A stretch of 64,000 nt of DNA from Lytechinus pictus (taxonomy: Eukaryota): positions 9,798,001 to 9,862,000 of the forward strand of contig NC_087245.1 of assembly GCF_037042905.1 (NCBI RefSeq), read 5' to 3'. The position numbers and the translations under genes were made by a program. The notes beneath the pieces were generated by a model. It worked only from the letters and a program-made list of their open reading frames with translations. It had not been told where the DNA came from and ran no database searches. Numbering within the stretch: the stretch's first letter is position 1; the number at the start of each line of letters is the position of its first letter. Positions 1 through 43,896 of this stretch are shown piece after piece.

Positions 1-1281
1 ATTATTTTTTCTGCTATTTTCATAATTAACTTTAAATAAATTCACCTATGCACTACTTAATTTTTTCAAAGACAAAATAACAAAATTACATCTAGTCTTC
101 ATCATCACCATCATCACCAACTTCATTCTCATCATCATCACCACTACCACCATCATTATCATCATCATCATCATCATCACCGCCACCATCACCACCATCA
201 TCACCAAGATAATTTTCATCATCATCATCTTTCTTTTTTTTTCCCCTTCCCTTCTTCTTTTTTTCCTTCCTATTTTCCTCCCTTTTTAGAGGGGCACACC
301 ACCAAATAAATATGTTTGTTGTTGTTGTATATAAGTTGGCGGATGCCTCATGAAATGAAATAAAAGAGAAAATAAGGAAATGGAAAAAGTAAGAAGAAGG
401 ATAAGAAGAAAAAAAGAAAGCCAAACAAACAAGACAAAATAATATCAAAATTTCGTAATAAAGTCAGTCAGTTTAATAATTATGTTTTCAATGAAATGAG
501 ACATAAAAGAATTGAAACAAGTAAAAAGGGCTACATCATAGTTAAAAGAAATAGAGGGAAGCTCCGAGACAATAAAAAGTGTAAAAAAAATCAGAAAAGA
601 CTTTGAAACACTCTGAACACGAGTATAATATAAAAAAAATTGGGAATAAGCGAGGACAAGTAGCTGAGGGACCCCCCCCCCTCTCTCTCTAGTTATTTAC
701 TCAAACTCGCATATACAAGAGAAAAAATTCTTACTAATCAAAATATTGCGAGCAAAAAGCATGAGCTGACATTTTTTTAAATATTCAAAACTGATAGAGA
801 GACACATTTTGAACAATTCATGAAACATAATAATCATTCATTATAGCTACCAATCGGATTGCGACAAGATCTGAGAATTAGAAATTCATTAAAAGCATAA
901 AATTGTATAACATTAAAATAAGACGGGCGCAACGCATGAGCTAAAGCTTTATATACCAATTAAAAATTTGGACATTTTTAGCGCTTTCGGTAGTCATGAA
1001 AAAGATTCATATTTCATGAAAGCTCAAATCCCGAGGAGGAATATTTTTTATTAATTGACTTAAAAAAGGCTGTTCTAATTAAGCCCCATTTAATATTTGA
1101 TTACAAGTCTCGTTAAACAGTAAAAGAGGAAAAAATAAAGCATATTGTGTTCCTCAATTCTCTTTCTCTTTAACCCTATTTTTTTTTTTTTTTTTTTTTT
1201 TTGGGGGGGGGGGTATTTTGGTTTAAAAAAAAGAAAAAAACGATAATTGCTGGCTAGTGGGTGTATAGTGGTAGGGACACC

Positions 1282-1312
<31 letters not shown>

Positions 1313-1919
1313 GTAGTTACGCAAACATGGGACCAAATGATCCTACTTGTTCCAAGGCGAAACTTGTGCAATCAATTAAATGTTATTTTTGAGAAAATTA
1401 AAGCTTGCGCTGTTTAAATTCAATCTCTTTCACCTAAATTTGCGATGAATGCTAGCATTATGAAATATATAATTATCAACGTCTGGCGAAAAGAATAACC
1501 AACCGATCAGCTGACGAGAACGCGTATCACGTGATCTGCATATCAGCTTCGATCGCGAGTCAGAAGTGAAGAGCAACTGGCAATAAAATCTGGAAAAAGT
1601 CGTCAAAATGCAAGTTCCCCTTCATTTCTTTCAATTTTTTTTTATTGCTAACAATGCTTTAACTTTCTTAAACAAAAATTTAATGAATAGACAGTACGAT
1701 AGCTCGTACTTGTGTTATAATACACAAATAATCATCTTCACAAAGATTTCTGACACAAAATACTACAGATGTCGCCTATGAGGTCCATACATGTAATGTT
1801 TGGACCTCATTGGTACTGGGACAGTAGGAGTGACAACTGACAAGTAACAAGATGTCATAAAATAAATTTCAACCACATCGTGCATTGCCATTGGGAACTA
1901 TTCTACTTTAGGCTAAGGC

Positions 1920-2058
1920 TAGACAGCTGGCAGCCGTCTGTTTCGAGGAGTTTTTTAACTTTTTTTTTTTTTTTAATTTCTCCTCGTACATTTGGTGAGT
2001 GAAGCCAACGGAGTTCAGCTGAACAACCAACATAACAGAGACCGAAGCTTTTGGTCTA
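1920..2058 (+). mobile_element. Family A MITE (TAGAC...GTCTA), internally deleted copy; 9-bp TSD suggests Mutator-like
   Basis: TSD GGCTAAGGC at 1911-1919 and 2059-2067. Confidence 0.8.
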
Positions 2059-2560
2059 GGCTAAGGCCTACCTTCAGAAAAAAAAGTAGATCTAACCCTA
2101 AAGAGGTGTTGCATCTACATGTAGATCGAGAGTTCTAAACTAGGTCTAACTGTTAAGAAGAAAAGAAGCTACATTGCCATGGCCGGACTTTACACCAAAC
2201 TTTGCATTTGGGACTACACTACGTTCATATTCAACATATGGGACTGTGATGAAAATAGGAAACTTACCAGACGTTATGCTTCATTTTTCTTCTTGCTTGA
2301 AATGCCTCCCACACAAAATATTTGTAAAAAAAACTACAGGGGTAACATCGCTAAAAATTCGCCTGGGTACTATTAGTAGGTTCTATAGACCACAGTTGAT
2401 TGAATTTATACAGATTAAAAGTCTATAACTCCGACCTATTAACTAGTCGTCGATCGACGCCAACGCACACAGACAGACACAGCGGATATCACAGCCACAC
2501 AACCGATCGAGTTCGAGTCTACCATATGTTGTAAATTCCATGTAAAAGCACTTCAGAAAA

Positions 2561-33639
<31,079 letters not shown>

Positions 33640-34019
33640 AATGAAACATTATAAATCTATCCTTCTAAAAGCTGACCAGAAACAGCTGAAAATTACCAAG
33701 AACACCATGGAAAGGTTCATAGAAATCCTTTATGATATCAGTGGATGAAGTCAGTGGATGTTTTTTTCTGCATATGCCTTCTTCTGTGGAAAAACAGCCT
33801 TGTTTGTAGTCTATTATCAAGGTGGAGTCTGCAGTATTGTCTTATTGTTCTGTTAAACAGTGGCACTACCTTCATTCTCTCATCTTGCTTTAGTCATTTT
33901 CTTATTATCAAATTTGATTCAGTAAGTATATTTCTTCTAATAATGATCATAATAGTTACAATTATATAGCGGTTCGTACATTGTTCTTAAGCACTTTACA
34001 TTGTAATCATTGTTATTGT

Positions 34020-34295
34020 GGTCACAGGATCCATCACTGCTCCACACATAAAGTGCACCATCTCTACTCCCTGGAGGGTATCTTGGACAGGCAACTGTTG
34101 ATTTATCGGTGCACACATGTCAATCTAATCAAAGTGATGTCCACATCCTACTAGGTACCCATTTGACACCTGTGTGGAGAGTGGTGAAGGTGGATAAGAG
34201 CCTTGCCAAGGGACATTAATACAGGGTGGGATTTGAACCTTCAATCCTTGGTTTAAGAGTCAAGTGACAGAACCACTACACCACAACACCTCCAC
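34020..34295 (-). mobile_element. tRNA-derived SINE (Deu/Nin-domain type), degraded
   Basis: Minus strand has A/B-box-like head (GTGGTGTAGTGG...GGTTCAAATCCC) followed by a CCCTTGGCAAGGC...CCAGGGAG...AGATGG body; related fragment at ~59190-59260. Confidence 0.6.
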
Positions 34296-35933
34296 AACAA
34301 ATATGCCAATGAAAGTCAGATGGTAATATGAAAATAACTAAAGCAAGACAGGCACATGTTGGTGGTAGCTGCTCTGTAACCATTGCTTTTAGTTCCACTG
34401 CATCTGATGTATGTAAAATGTTTAGTGTAACAGCAGAACAATAGCTGCAGCCTCCGTTTAGATTACCTTCTGTGATAGTTAGTGGTCATCGTCAGCTTTT
34501 TCTTGGGCCTTTCTTATAGATATTTATTCAGTATATGAAATGACTTATTGCCATTCCTATTGCCAACTTCTATGTTGATAGTCTCAAAGGCACTATTGCT
34601 GTGTTGAATTCAATTCTTTTAAGGGGACTTAGATTAAGTTACTATAATAATAATGATCTTAAAATAATGATGATAGCCTACAGATGATCATAATACAAAT
34701 GTCAATGACGTCATAACAATCAAAATCATATCCCATTAAAACTTATTTTTTGGAAATGTATGTATTCAAATCTTTGTTTTACGGTGCCTTGTGTATCTTG
34801 AATATTGAGATAATACACGTGTCAAGGAACCTTAAGGTATTTGAAAACAAGTCTTCAAAATTCCTTTTTTTCTTAATACCCCTTTGTTTCTCAGTTGACA
34901 AACATGTAAATATAATTTATCATTCCACTTTTATGCTATATAATATGGCTTGACATCTTATTTGAGACTTCTGCTATGTTTCATTAATGATTTATTTGTG
35001 TAATTTATATAACTTAGAATGTATGCAATATTATGTTAAATGGCTCTTCCACTTTATGTTAATGTTGTTTATTTCTTTTTCCCACTTCCTTTCTCTCATT
35101 CATGTACAAAGTTGGTATCCCCCCTTCTCTCTAAGTATCTCATCTCCATTGGCCTATTTTTTCACCCGACCTCTCGCATTCTCTTTTTATTCCTTTCATT
35201 AGTACTCTGCTGTATTAAGTGCTTTAAACATTATATCATAAACAAATGTTTAGATGTCTGGATATACGCCTTTCCTGTTGAATCAAACATTTGCATGAAG
35301 TTTATGACAAATGGAATATTATTCACTTCATTATCATTTTAGCTAGGTTAATATCTTGGCATGTATATTTGTCAAACATTTCATCTATTTTATTCCAACA
35401 CGGTACACATACATCAACCAAAGTGTTTTTCAGAACATCCGTGTATGAAGAGGTTAATGTAGGCCTATATTTGTATTTTATGAGTGTAATGAATATAATT
35501 TATGATTTGATCATTCAATTTCTTATCACATCAAAGGTGGATAGAGTTTAGTGGCAATATTGTATAATGCGCTGCATATTCCACACGTCCTCATTTTGCA
35601 GTCATGTCGTCACTCTCCATGGCAAAGGACAGATAAAATAATTATTTTGCTGCTACAGCAATTTATGCCCCACTGATTTAACTTCATTAGTTTTTTTTTT
35701 TTTTTTTTACAATTCTGGGTCAGCAAATTATAATTCATTTAAAGCTGACAATGTTTTCAATCACCTGCAATCATTGAAATGGATATCTTGTCATGAATTC
35801 TTAACAATTTATGTACCTCCTGTACATGTATATTTTTTCATCAGTATCTATGGATAATGCACTCTAGGTTTGTGCAATATCAAATAATTCCCATTTGTCT
35901 GGGATATTGCATTGTGCGTTCTATCTATTGTAA

Positions 35934-36321
35934 AGCCCGGCGCACACTATGCGATGCGTTACGATCCAAAGTTCAAAGAAATTGTAATAGCATTTTGAAT
36001 GAACATTCCAACCAATAAAATCTCAGCGATCAGAGTTCAGAATAGTGGAAGGACTACTGAAATCAGAAATTCAGTCCAGTTCGAGCCTCCCTGTAGGAAG
36101 AAAAGCAAATTCAAATCCAAATTGTAATGACGTCATCATCGGCTATGACTTGAAGCCGATTTTGACTGTCCTTTGACCACAGGGCTTGCCGCAAAGCAAA
36201 TTTATGATTTTTTTTTTTTAATATCAAATTAAATAATTTTACTTCTTGGAACTTTCATATTTGATACAAAATGTGATTTATTAAAAGATAATAGCATCGA
36301 ACACAAAGTGTGCGCTGGGCT
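35934..36321. mobile_element. PIF/Harbinger-like MITE
   Basis: TIR AGCCCGGCGCACAC / GTGTGCGCTGGGCT; TAA TSD (35931-35933, 36322-36324). Confidence 0.75.
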
Positions 36322-37537
36322 TAAAAGTGCATATTTTTTACCTTTCATGTTTATGACTCTCCTGTTTAGAATGATTAAGGGCCCGTCATGCCTTCACGTA
36401 TATGCCAATGCACATGTTGCAAGCTGTTTTCCAACTTAAATAGTATATCTTGATATTGAAAAAATCATTGACAATTCTTGATAACAAAAATTCAGTAAGA
36501 AATTAAGTTAAAATGCTGTACATACGCAATATGAATTGGCTATAATACTCAGGTTTAACAGCCCCTTAAGATTTTAAATACGATTGTCCGAAATTGCAAA
36601 ATTCTGAGAAAATCAGAAAATTATCACCCCCCCTTCTTGGCAGATTATTGCTTTGCATTATCCTCATGTTTAGGTAGCATTACAACTTAGATTTTGAATA
36701 GGATATATTAGTAGATTAATGGCATACATCCTTTATTCATAGAGATGAAGGGGTGTTGCAAGAAAATATTTGCAATCAATTGAAAAATTTCAGGTACAAA
36801 CTCTCAAGTGATGGATTGGTTTTAACTCGATAAAATTAATTAAAACTTACTGATGCAAGATTCAGACTACCAATTGTAAATTTAGAATAGTGATTGATTT
36901 TAGGATCTAAAAGTAACTTTCAGTGGATAACAGATCTCTTGCAATGCCCCATCAGTAAGGTTTTATTTTATGCAAGTTCCGATTGACAGGGCAGCATCCA
37001 GATATTTTGATGGGGGGTTGCAAGATAAACTGCAGATGTCATTTTTTTTTTGCAATTGACTAACAATAATTTTTGAAGTTGCATGTGACCCACAAAACTT
37101 CCCATTTTCTATTTTTATTTTTTCTTCTTCCTCCCATCTTCCCATTTGAAAAATCATAGGTTGGGATGTTGCTCCCCCCCCCCCCCTGGGTAGTGCTGCC
37201 CCTGTCTATTAATTCAGTTATACATGTACATCAGAGAAATCCTCTCTGATCATCATGAGGAATATGAATATGGTCACAAAAATGTTCTATTGCATGTTTG
37301 CATGAATATAGAAAGAAATAAACTATCCGTTAATATTTATAGCTCAAAGTTGTGGTTACTGGTATTCTTTATGTGTCTTAATGTCTTGACGGATATTTAA
37401 GAACCTAGAACAGCCATTCTCAATTTTGTTGGAAGCTCCAAATTTCTTGTTGAGAATCTGGACTGCTCCACTATCCAACACGCGAACGAGCGAAATATTA
37501 TGGTGTGGGGGGATGCAGGACCACCTGAAGAGCTTAA

Positions 37538-37991
37538 GGGCTATTCCACGGTTACCCACATTACATTTGGAGACACCTTGACTCATACTTGGAGCTGTAA
37601 CTTCATTATTATTGATAGGAACTAAACATCTCTTTATCACAACATCGTACTCAGTCCGACTATCCTTTGTATAAAAACAAAACTTGGGAAATTTCATTAT
37701 GCTCCTGGCAAATCTTTGAAATGTGTCGGTTACTCATGTTACATGATTTAGACATGCATAAAATGAAAAGTGGACATAAGTGAAAAGTCCTCATACAAGG
37801 CTTTTATGAAAGTTGATATATCCATTTCAAAGAAGTATATCAGGGAGACAAATTTGTATATAATTCGAAAAATAAAGAACACATGGTTTTTACTAGGGGT
37901 GCAGATAAAGTGGTTACTCACGTTACGGTTCAGATGGGCTATATGTACAAAGACACATTGAGCTCATGTCCACCAACCTATGGAATTGCCC
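37538..37991 (+). mobile_element. Family C (Sola2-like) MITE, uninterrupted copy
   Basis: GGGCTATTCCA...TGGAATTGCCC; flanks TTAA/TCAA. Confidence 0.85.
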
Positions 37992-38180
37992 TCAAGTAGA
38001 AAGCCTTTTAAATGGCCGAGAGGGGTTCTAAATCAACAGAAGATATAAAAACACCAACATACTACACAATTTATTATTAAAAAGTGATAAGTGACTTGCT
38101 CAAATTAGTGTTAATTATTATGTTTCTGTATTAAATTTTGTTATTTTTTTGTCTTGATGAGGTTCATGTTTGAAAAGCAA

Positions 38181-38420
38181 ACCGGGTATGGTGATCAGTG
38201 GTAGAGCGTCAGCCTCATGAACGGAAGGCCGCGGGTTCGATCCCCAACAGAGTCATACAAAAAAATATATTTAGGAATGGAACCTTCTGCCTTCTTGCTT
38301 GGCGCTCAGCATTTAGATTGGAGAAGGGTAGTAATAACATACATGGAAATGCAGGGCCCGCTGCAGTTCCCTAACCGAAATGGCTAACCTGAGTAAATAA
38401 AACGTAATTATGATTATTAT
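38181..38420 (+). mobile_element. tRNA-derived SINE (V-SINE-like)
   Basis: A box TGGTGATCAGTGG, B box GGTTCGATCC, then GAGTCATAC...TGCCTTCTTGCTTGGCGCTCAGCATT central domain and ATT-repeat tail. Confidence 0.7.
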
Positions 38421-39571
38421 TAAAAGCACTGTTCACAAATCTATGTTCTCATATTATGTACATAGTCTTTGTACAATCGTAAATGAATACATGAAATATA
38501 ATAAATAAGAAGAACACCATCGATCCTCCATAATAGGGGTTATCGAATGCTAGATTACACAAAATCAGAGGAAATCAATTAGCATTTAGATTTCAAAAAG
38601 AGCCGAGTTTTTATTTTTGCTTTGTAATTAAATGATCAAACCTCAATTCCAGATTAATAGATCAAACTTTTATTTTCTCATGTTTTTTCTTTTTTCTATA
38701 TCGGCTCCCACACGCCACTCCGGAAGGCTCGGTGCGCCACAAGTGGCACACGCACCACCATTTGAGAATCCCAGACCTAGAATGAAGATTGGGGGGCATA
38801 CCAACTCTATTGTGTACATAACTATTAAGTGAAACTAAAGAAAACTTTAAAATCTAATAACATCTTGTGTTATGCTTGTTTGATTTTTCTTGCTTTCTTG
38901 AGTTTCATAAAATCATTTTTTTTTAAATCAGTTTCAAATGTAAGAGAACTGAAGATAAGTAGGATGCATTTCACTCATTGATTTTAACAGATAACTAAGA
39001 AAATTTGTAAACACATTTAGTACCAATTTAAATGAGGAAACAATACATGTATGCTGTTTTGTAAACCAATCGTTTAATTCAGATACCATATATGTATGTA
39101 ATGATAATAATATCAATGTAATGATATCTTCCAGGTAACCCAATAAATTCATTTGACTATACAATTGAACAAATCTAAGCAATATCTATACATATAAAAA
39201 GAGAAAACAGAGTGGTAAATAAATCAATAGTATTTTCAGCACGAGTTATGATTTTTACAAATTCATATCACTTTATTATCACATAATGATACAATGATAG
39301 ACTGAACAAATTTCTTCACTTAAAACTATACCAGGGGATCTTTCATAAATTGTAAAGCTATCACAAATTTAAAAAAAGGTGTATTAAATCAAATGATCAT
39401 CCCTCCGTGTCTCTGCCAACCAAGGAGAGGATAGAAAAGATGTTTGTCTCTACTTCACATTATTTTCGTATTAATGTAATAAAAAAATACATAATCGGCA
39501 CCAAAATAAGTGATTACAGTAAATAAAATGACTATAAAAACCTGCAGATTCGAACTTCGGCTAATGTAACT

Positions 39572-40540
39572 AACAAGTGGAATGCCTCTGGCCGTCTCAC
39601 CTGCATCACGCGATTCAATATAGCAGCAGTGCTGATTTTGAAAACTACTATAACTCGCACAAGATGTTCAGTGATACTTGGTTACTCTTATTTCCACGTT
39701 TTATGAACTAGACCAATACACTTATAGAGATATGATGGCAATTCAACAAATACCCCCAACGTGGCCAAAGTTCTTTGACCTTACATGACCTTTGACCTTG
39801 ATCATGTGACCTGAAACTCGCACAGGATGTTCAGTGATACTTGATTACTATTATGTCCAAGTTTTATGAACTAGACCAACACACTTTCAAATTTATGGCT
39901 GTAATTCAACAAATACCCCAATTTGGCCAAAGTTCATTGACCCTAAATGACCTTTGACCTTGATCATGTGACCTGAAACTTGCACAGGATGTTCAGTAAT
40001 ACTTGATTACTATTATGTCCAAGTTTCATGAATCAGATCCATAAACTTTCAAAGTTATGATGGTAATTCAACAGATACCCCCAATTCGGCCAAAGTTCAT
40101 TGACCCTAAATGACCTTTTACCTTGGTCATGTGATGTGAAACTCATGCAGGATGTTCAGTGATACTTGATTAACCTTATGTATAAGTTTCATGAACTAGG
40201 TCCATATATTTTCTAAGTTATGATGACATTTCAAAAACTTAACCTTAGGTTAAGATTTTGATGTTGATTCCCCCAACATGGTTAAGTTCATTGACCCTAA
40301 ATGACCTTTGACCTTGGTCATGTGACATGAAACTCAGGCAGGATGTTCAGTAATACTTGATTAACCTTATGGCCAAGTTTCATGAACTAGGTCCATATAC
40401 TTTCTAAGTTATGCTGTCATTTCAAAAACTTAACCTCAGGTTAAGATTTGGTGTTGACGCCGCCGCCGCCGTCACCGCCGCCGTCGCCGTCGGAAAAGCG
40501 GCGCCTATAGTCTCACTCTGCTATGCAGGTGAGACAAAAA
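39572..40540 (-). mobile_element. Helentron-associated interspersed element (HINE; DINE-1/pearl/Tsp-type)
   Basis: 13-bp subterminal inverted repeat GTCTCACCTGCAT (39594-39606 / 40523-40535), terminal hairpin, (GCC)n microsatellite, ~5 internal 160-190-bp tandem repeats with GACCTTTGACC, A-run ends. Confidence 0.8.
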
Positions 40541-42339
40541 TCATTGAGAAACCCACTTTGGCTTTCCATAACTCAGCCAACTTGACAACTCCTGAAACAT
40601 CTTCCCAATACACTAACTTGGTTGAATGTAGACCAGCCTTTTTTACAATTTCCATGGAGCATGATTACATAGGTGTGTCGACTGGTTATGTTGAACTCCT
40701 TCAATCATGCCTTGGATCGATCTATACATTCTTTTTGCAGGAGCTTCTGCATATATTGTGTAGTCAAAGCTCAAAATAAATTTACAAATACATGAGAGTA
40801 ATCATGAGTGTAGTGGGTTTCATGGTACACCACGTATTCTTTCGTGGGCATATGTTGGTCCTGAAAAGGACCATCCAAAGTCATCTTTTCTACAAGTGTA
40901 TTCCTGTTGTCTTCATAAGAATCATAATATGACAATAAAGCCCATTACTATGTCACCAAAGTTTAACAGAGGAGTGATAACAGAATTTAGATATGAATAC
41001 AATATTTTAAGCATAAGATAAAGTCATGAAATAAAAATGCAGAGGCAAACTATTATAGCAAAAAAGCAGCCATACACATATATATATATATAACATCTCC
41101 CACATCTTAAATGAGTATAATGTAAGAATTACCAAATCATACATTGTATATAATTTTATTATCGCAAACGAGCATTTGTTTTCTACAACTGGCATAAATT
41201 TCGGGCGATATAGTCTATTGAACACAAGAGATATGAGCCTTCTTTAAACTCTAATCTTTTTAGACTAATATTAAACCTTTGCATAATTTCAGTTGCTAAT
41301 TAAAAGCAGAAGTTTTAATAAAAAAAGTGGGATTTCAACTTTAGCTAAAAGAAATCAAAATGACTGAGTCACACTCAGTACTCAAAAACATTTCAATCCA
41401 ACAGTCATTTGTAAATAAAGTTAAGTGTAACTTACAAACAGCTTTATCATGAAACACCATCCTGATCCAAAATCAGTATTAAAAAATGTTTCTAAAATAA
41501 AAAAACCCAAACACATGATTATTTAAAGCAAATGAATATCTACTCAAAAATGTGTCAAGAATTTGATCTATAAAATTGTAACAAATTTCCTTAGTTTAAA
41601 ATCAAGCAAAACATTTGTAAAAATATCAAATGGATATATTAAGTACATTATGCTGACAAGATAGTTCATGCTCATATTAAACAAATTACATGAATGCAGC
41701 GAACATGGAATATACATACCATATGATACAATTACAAATAGCATAAAAAGACCAATCGTTACTGAGTACACAAACATCATTCTCTGGTTATTGCCAATAA
41801 AAAAAAATTTAGCATTGAATGCAGCTACAAAAATAAAAGTTACAAAATGGAAGAGTTATAAAAATGCTTAAATTCCAAACACATGTGGAGACCTCACTAG
41901 GGAATATATAGGTCCTACATCATACTGATTTACAATAACGATTTCTTTTTAAAGTGCAATTGACACATTAAGGAATGTGGAATCATTTTGAAACATTTGA
42001 CAGGAAAATATCATGGTGCTTATGAAGTACTGATACAGTAAATTCAACTGCCTTATCACACACAACCTTGAGTACTGAATTCAGTTACAACAATGATTTA
42101 TCAAAGAATCATGACAGTAATTATGTTTATCACAATTACCCTACTAGAATAAAAAAAATATCTGCAGCAATCAAAATTTATCTAAGACATTTTTTCAGCA
42201 TCACCAATTTTTCCAAAGGGCAGATGACTCTGGGGAACCTTGATTTAAGCTACACCTACCATTGTTCTTTTCATCCATTTCTTTCACAAAATATTTTAAT
42301 AAGAGTTGCCAAAGCTGTTGAACATGTATAATTTATCAC

Positions 42340-42372
<33 letters not shown>

Positions 42373-43543
42373 TATATGTATGCTACAAAAAGTTTTCATT
42401 ACCACTAACGTACCCTAAGAAATACATTTAACTCTTTGCCCACTTTGTTCGACTCAAGTCACATTCTATTCACAATAGAAACAGAGTTCATTAAGTCTAT
42501 TAATCATAGTGATTTGGGCATCGCATTGTACTGTGTACACACAGAGCTGTTCTTTACAAAAAAAAAAAAAAGTATTGTGAGCTGAATTAGCATAGTCCAT
42601 GCATGCAGTGGCGTAACTATGGGGGGGGGGGGCACGTGCCAATCAGCTGGCAAAAAAAAAAAACCGGGGAAAAGGAGAAAAAGAAAGAGAAACGTAGTTG
42701 GGAAGAAGAAATCATTATACATTATAATATGTTATATAAATATATATTATGTTATATTGCATAAGAAATTTTTTCAAACTAACTTTATGAAATATAATTT
42801 GCTCAGGGCATATATGTGTTCTTCGTTCCTGGTGCTCGCAGTGTCTGTTTAACGCGATATATAATCCTGTTGTACTAAAACATCCCCTTTTCAAATCAAT
42901 ATACATCAAATATATTTCCTCGCATTTTGAGATATTGTTTTATGTAGTGACATATGCTTCTTTTTCATGACTACTTAAAGTGATCGCCCCCTTTTAAGGT
43001 CTTAATACAAAACATTTACAGTCCTTGCTTACGTTCGCATTAGTGGATTGGTGAGATATGTCTGCTCTTCATGATTTCCTCAAATCGGTCCTTAAAATGT
43101 CCCTTTTTCTGATCTGAATATCAAAGTGTTTGCGCTTCGCGCTCGCATCATTTGGTTAATGAAACAAGTATGGTCTTAGTGAATTCCTATACAAACAAGC
43201 CTCAGAATGTGTGATTTCTACACTTGCAAAAGTTTATGTGAAATACAGCAATTAGAGTAAAGAGTGTATACCTATTGTAGTAGTGCCACATTCAACTTAA
43301 TTTTGAATGATAAGGACAGGGATAAAAGTACAAGTCTACAAAACTCTTAGTAACAACTATAAAAGCAATTAAAAATCCATCACATTTCCCATCTTATCAC
43401 ATTAATTTTATACAAAGGACTTTGTCAGATATGACTTGGTCACAAGCTGGATAAAACGTAAAGGAAACTTAATTTAATTTCTTATAATCATAACATTTGA
43501 AGCAGATTAAACTTTTACTTGCAACAAATATCTGATCTGCCCT

Positions 43544-43896
43544 TTAAGAGCAATGTTCAGCATCTGCTTTCACTTTATCTGAGAGATCTTCCCGACCACA
43601 TTTCAACAAGGATTTACAAAGAATCTCTACTTTCCTCCCCATTTTTACATTAGATGTTCTCTGATGCCAGCACTGAAGGATTTCCAAGGTTCGGTATTTA
43701 ATATCCCTCTCACGATCTTCTATACGTTCAATTTCTGCCTTGGAGAACTCCAGTCGAAGGGCAAGATCTTTCCATTCAGTTCCAATCTCCTGAGCAAGAT
43801 CCATGAAGTATTCATTTGTGAGAATATTTCTGAGTAGTGGAAATCTTCCATTACCTACATCCATCTCATCTGTTCCGGACGTCAACGTTTGTTCAC
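43544..43896 (-). CDS. Death-domain exon (terminal coding exon)
   Basis: LAQEIGTEWKDLALRLEFSKAEIERIE...LEILQCW...LCKSLLKCGREDLSDKV is a canonical Death-fold pattern; acceptor ttcctcccag; TAA at 43544. Confidence 0.92.

Noticed and set aside
46..448. Met/Asp-rich ORFs
   Set aside because: Translations of a (CAT)n microsatellite
1527..1534. TCACGTGA E-box/CLEAR-like site upstream of UBA5
   Set aside because: A single short motif ~1 kb upstream in repeat-like sequence; cannot be supported from sequence alone
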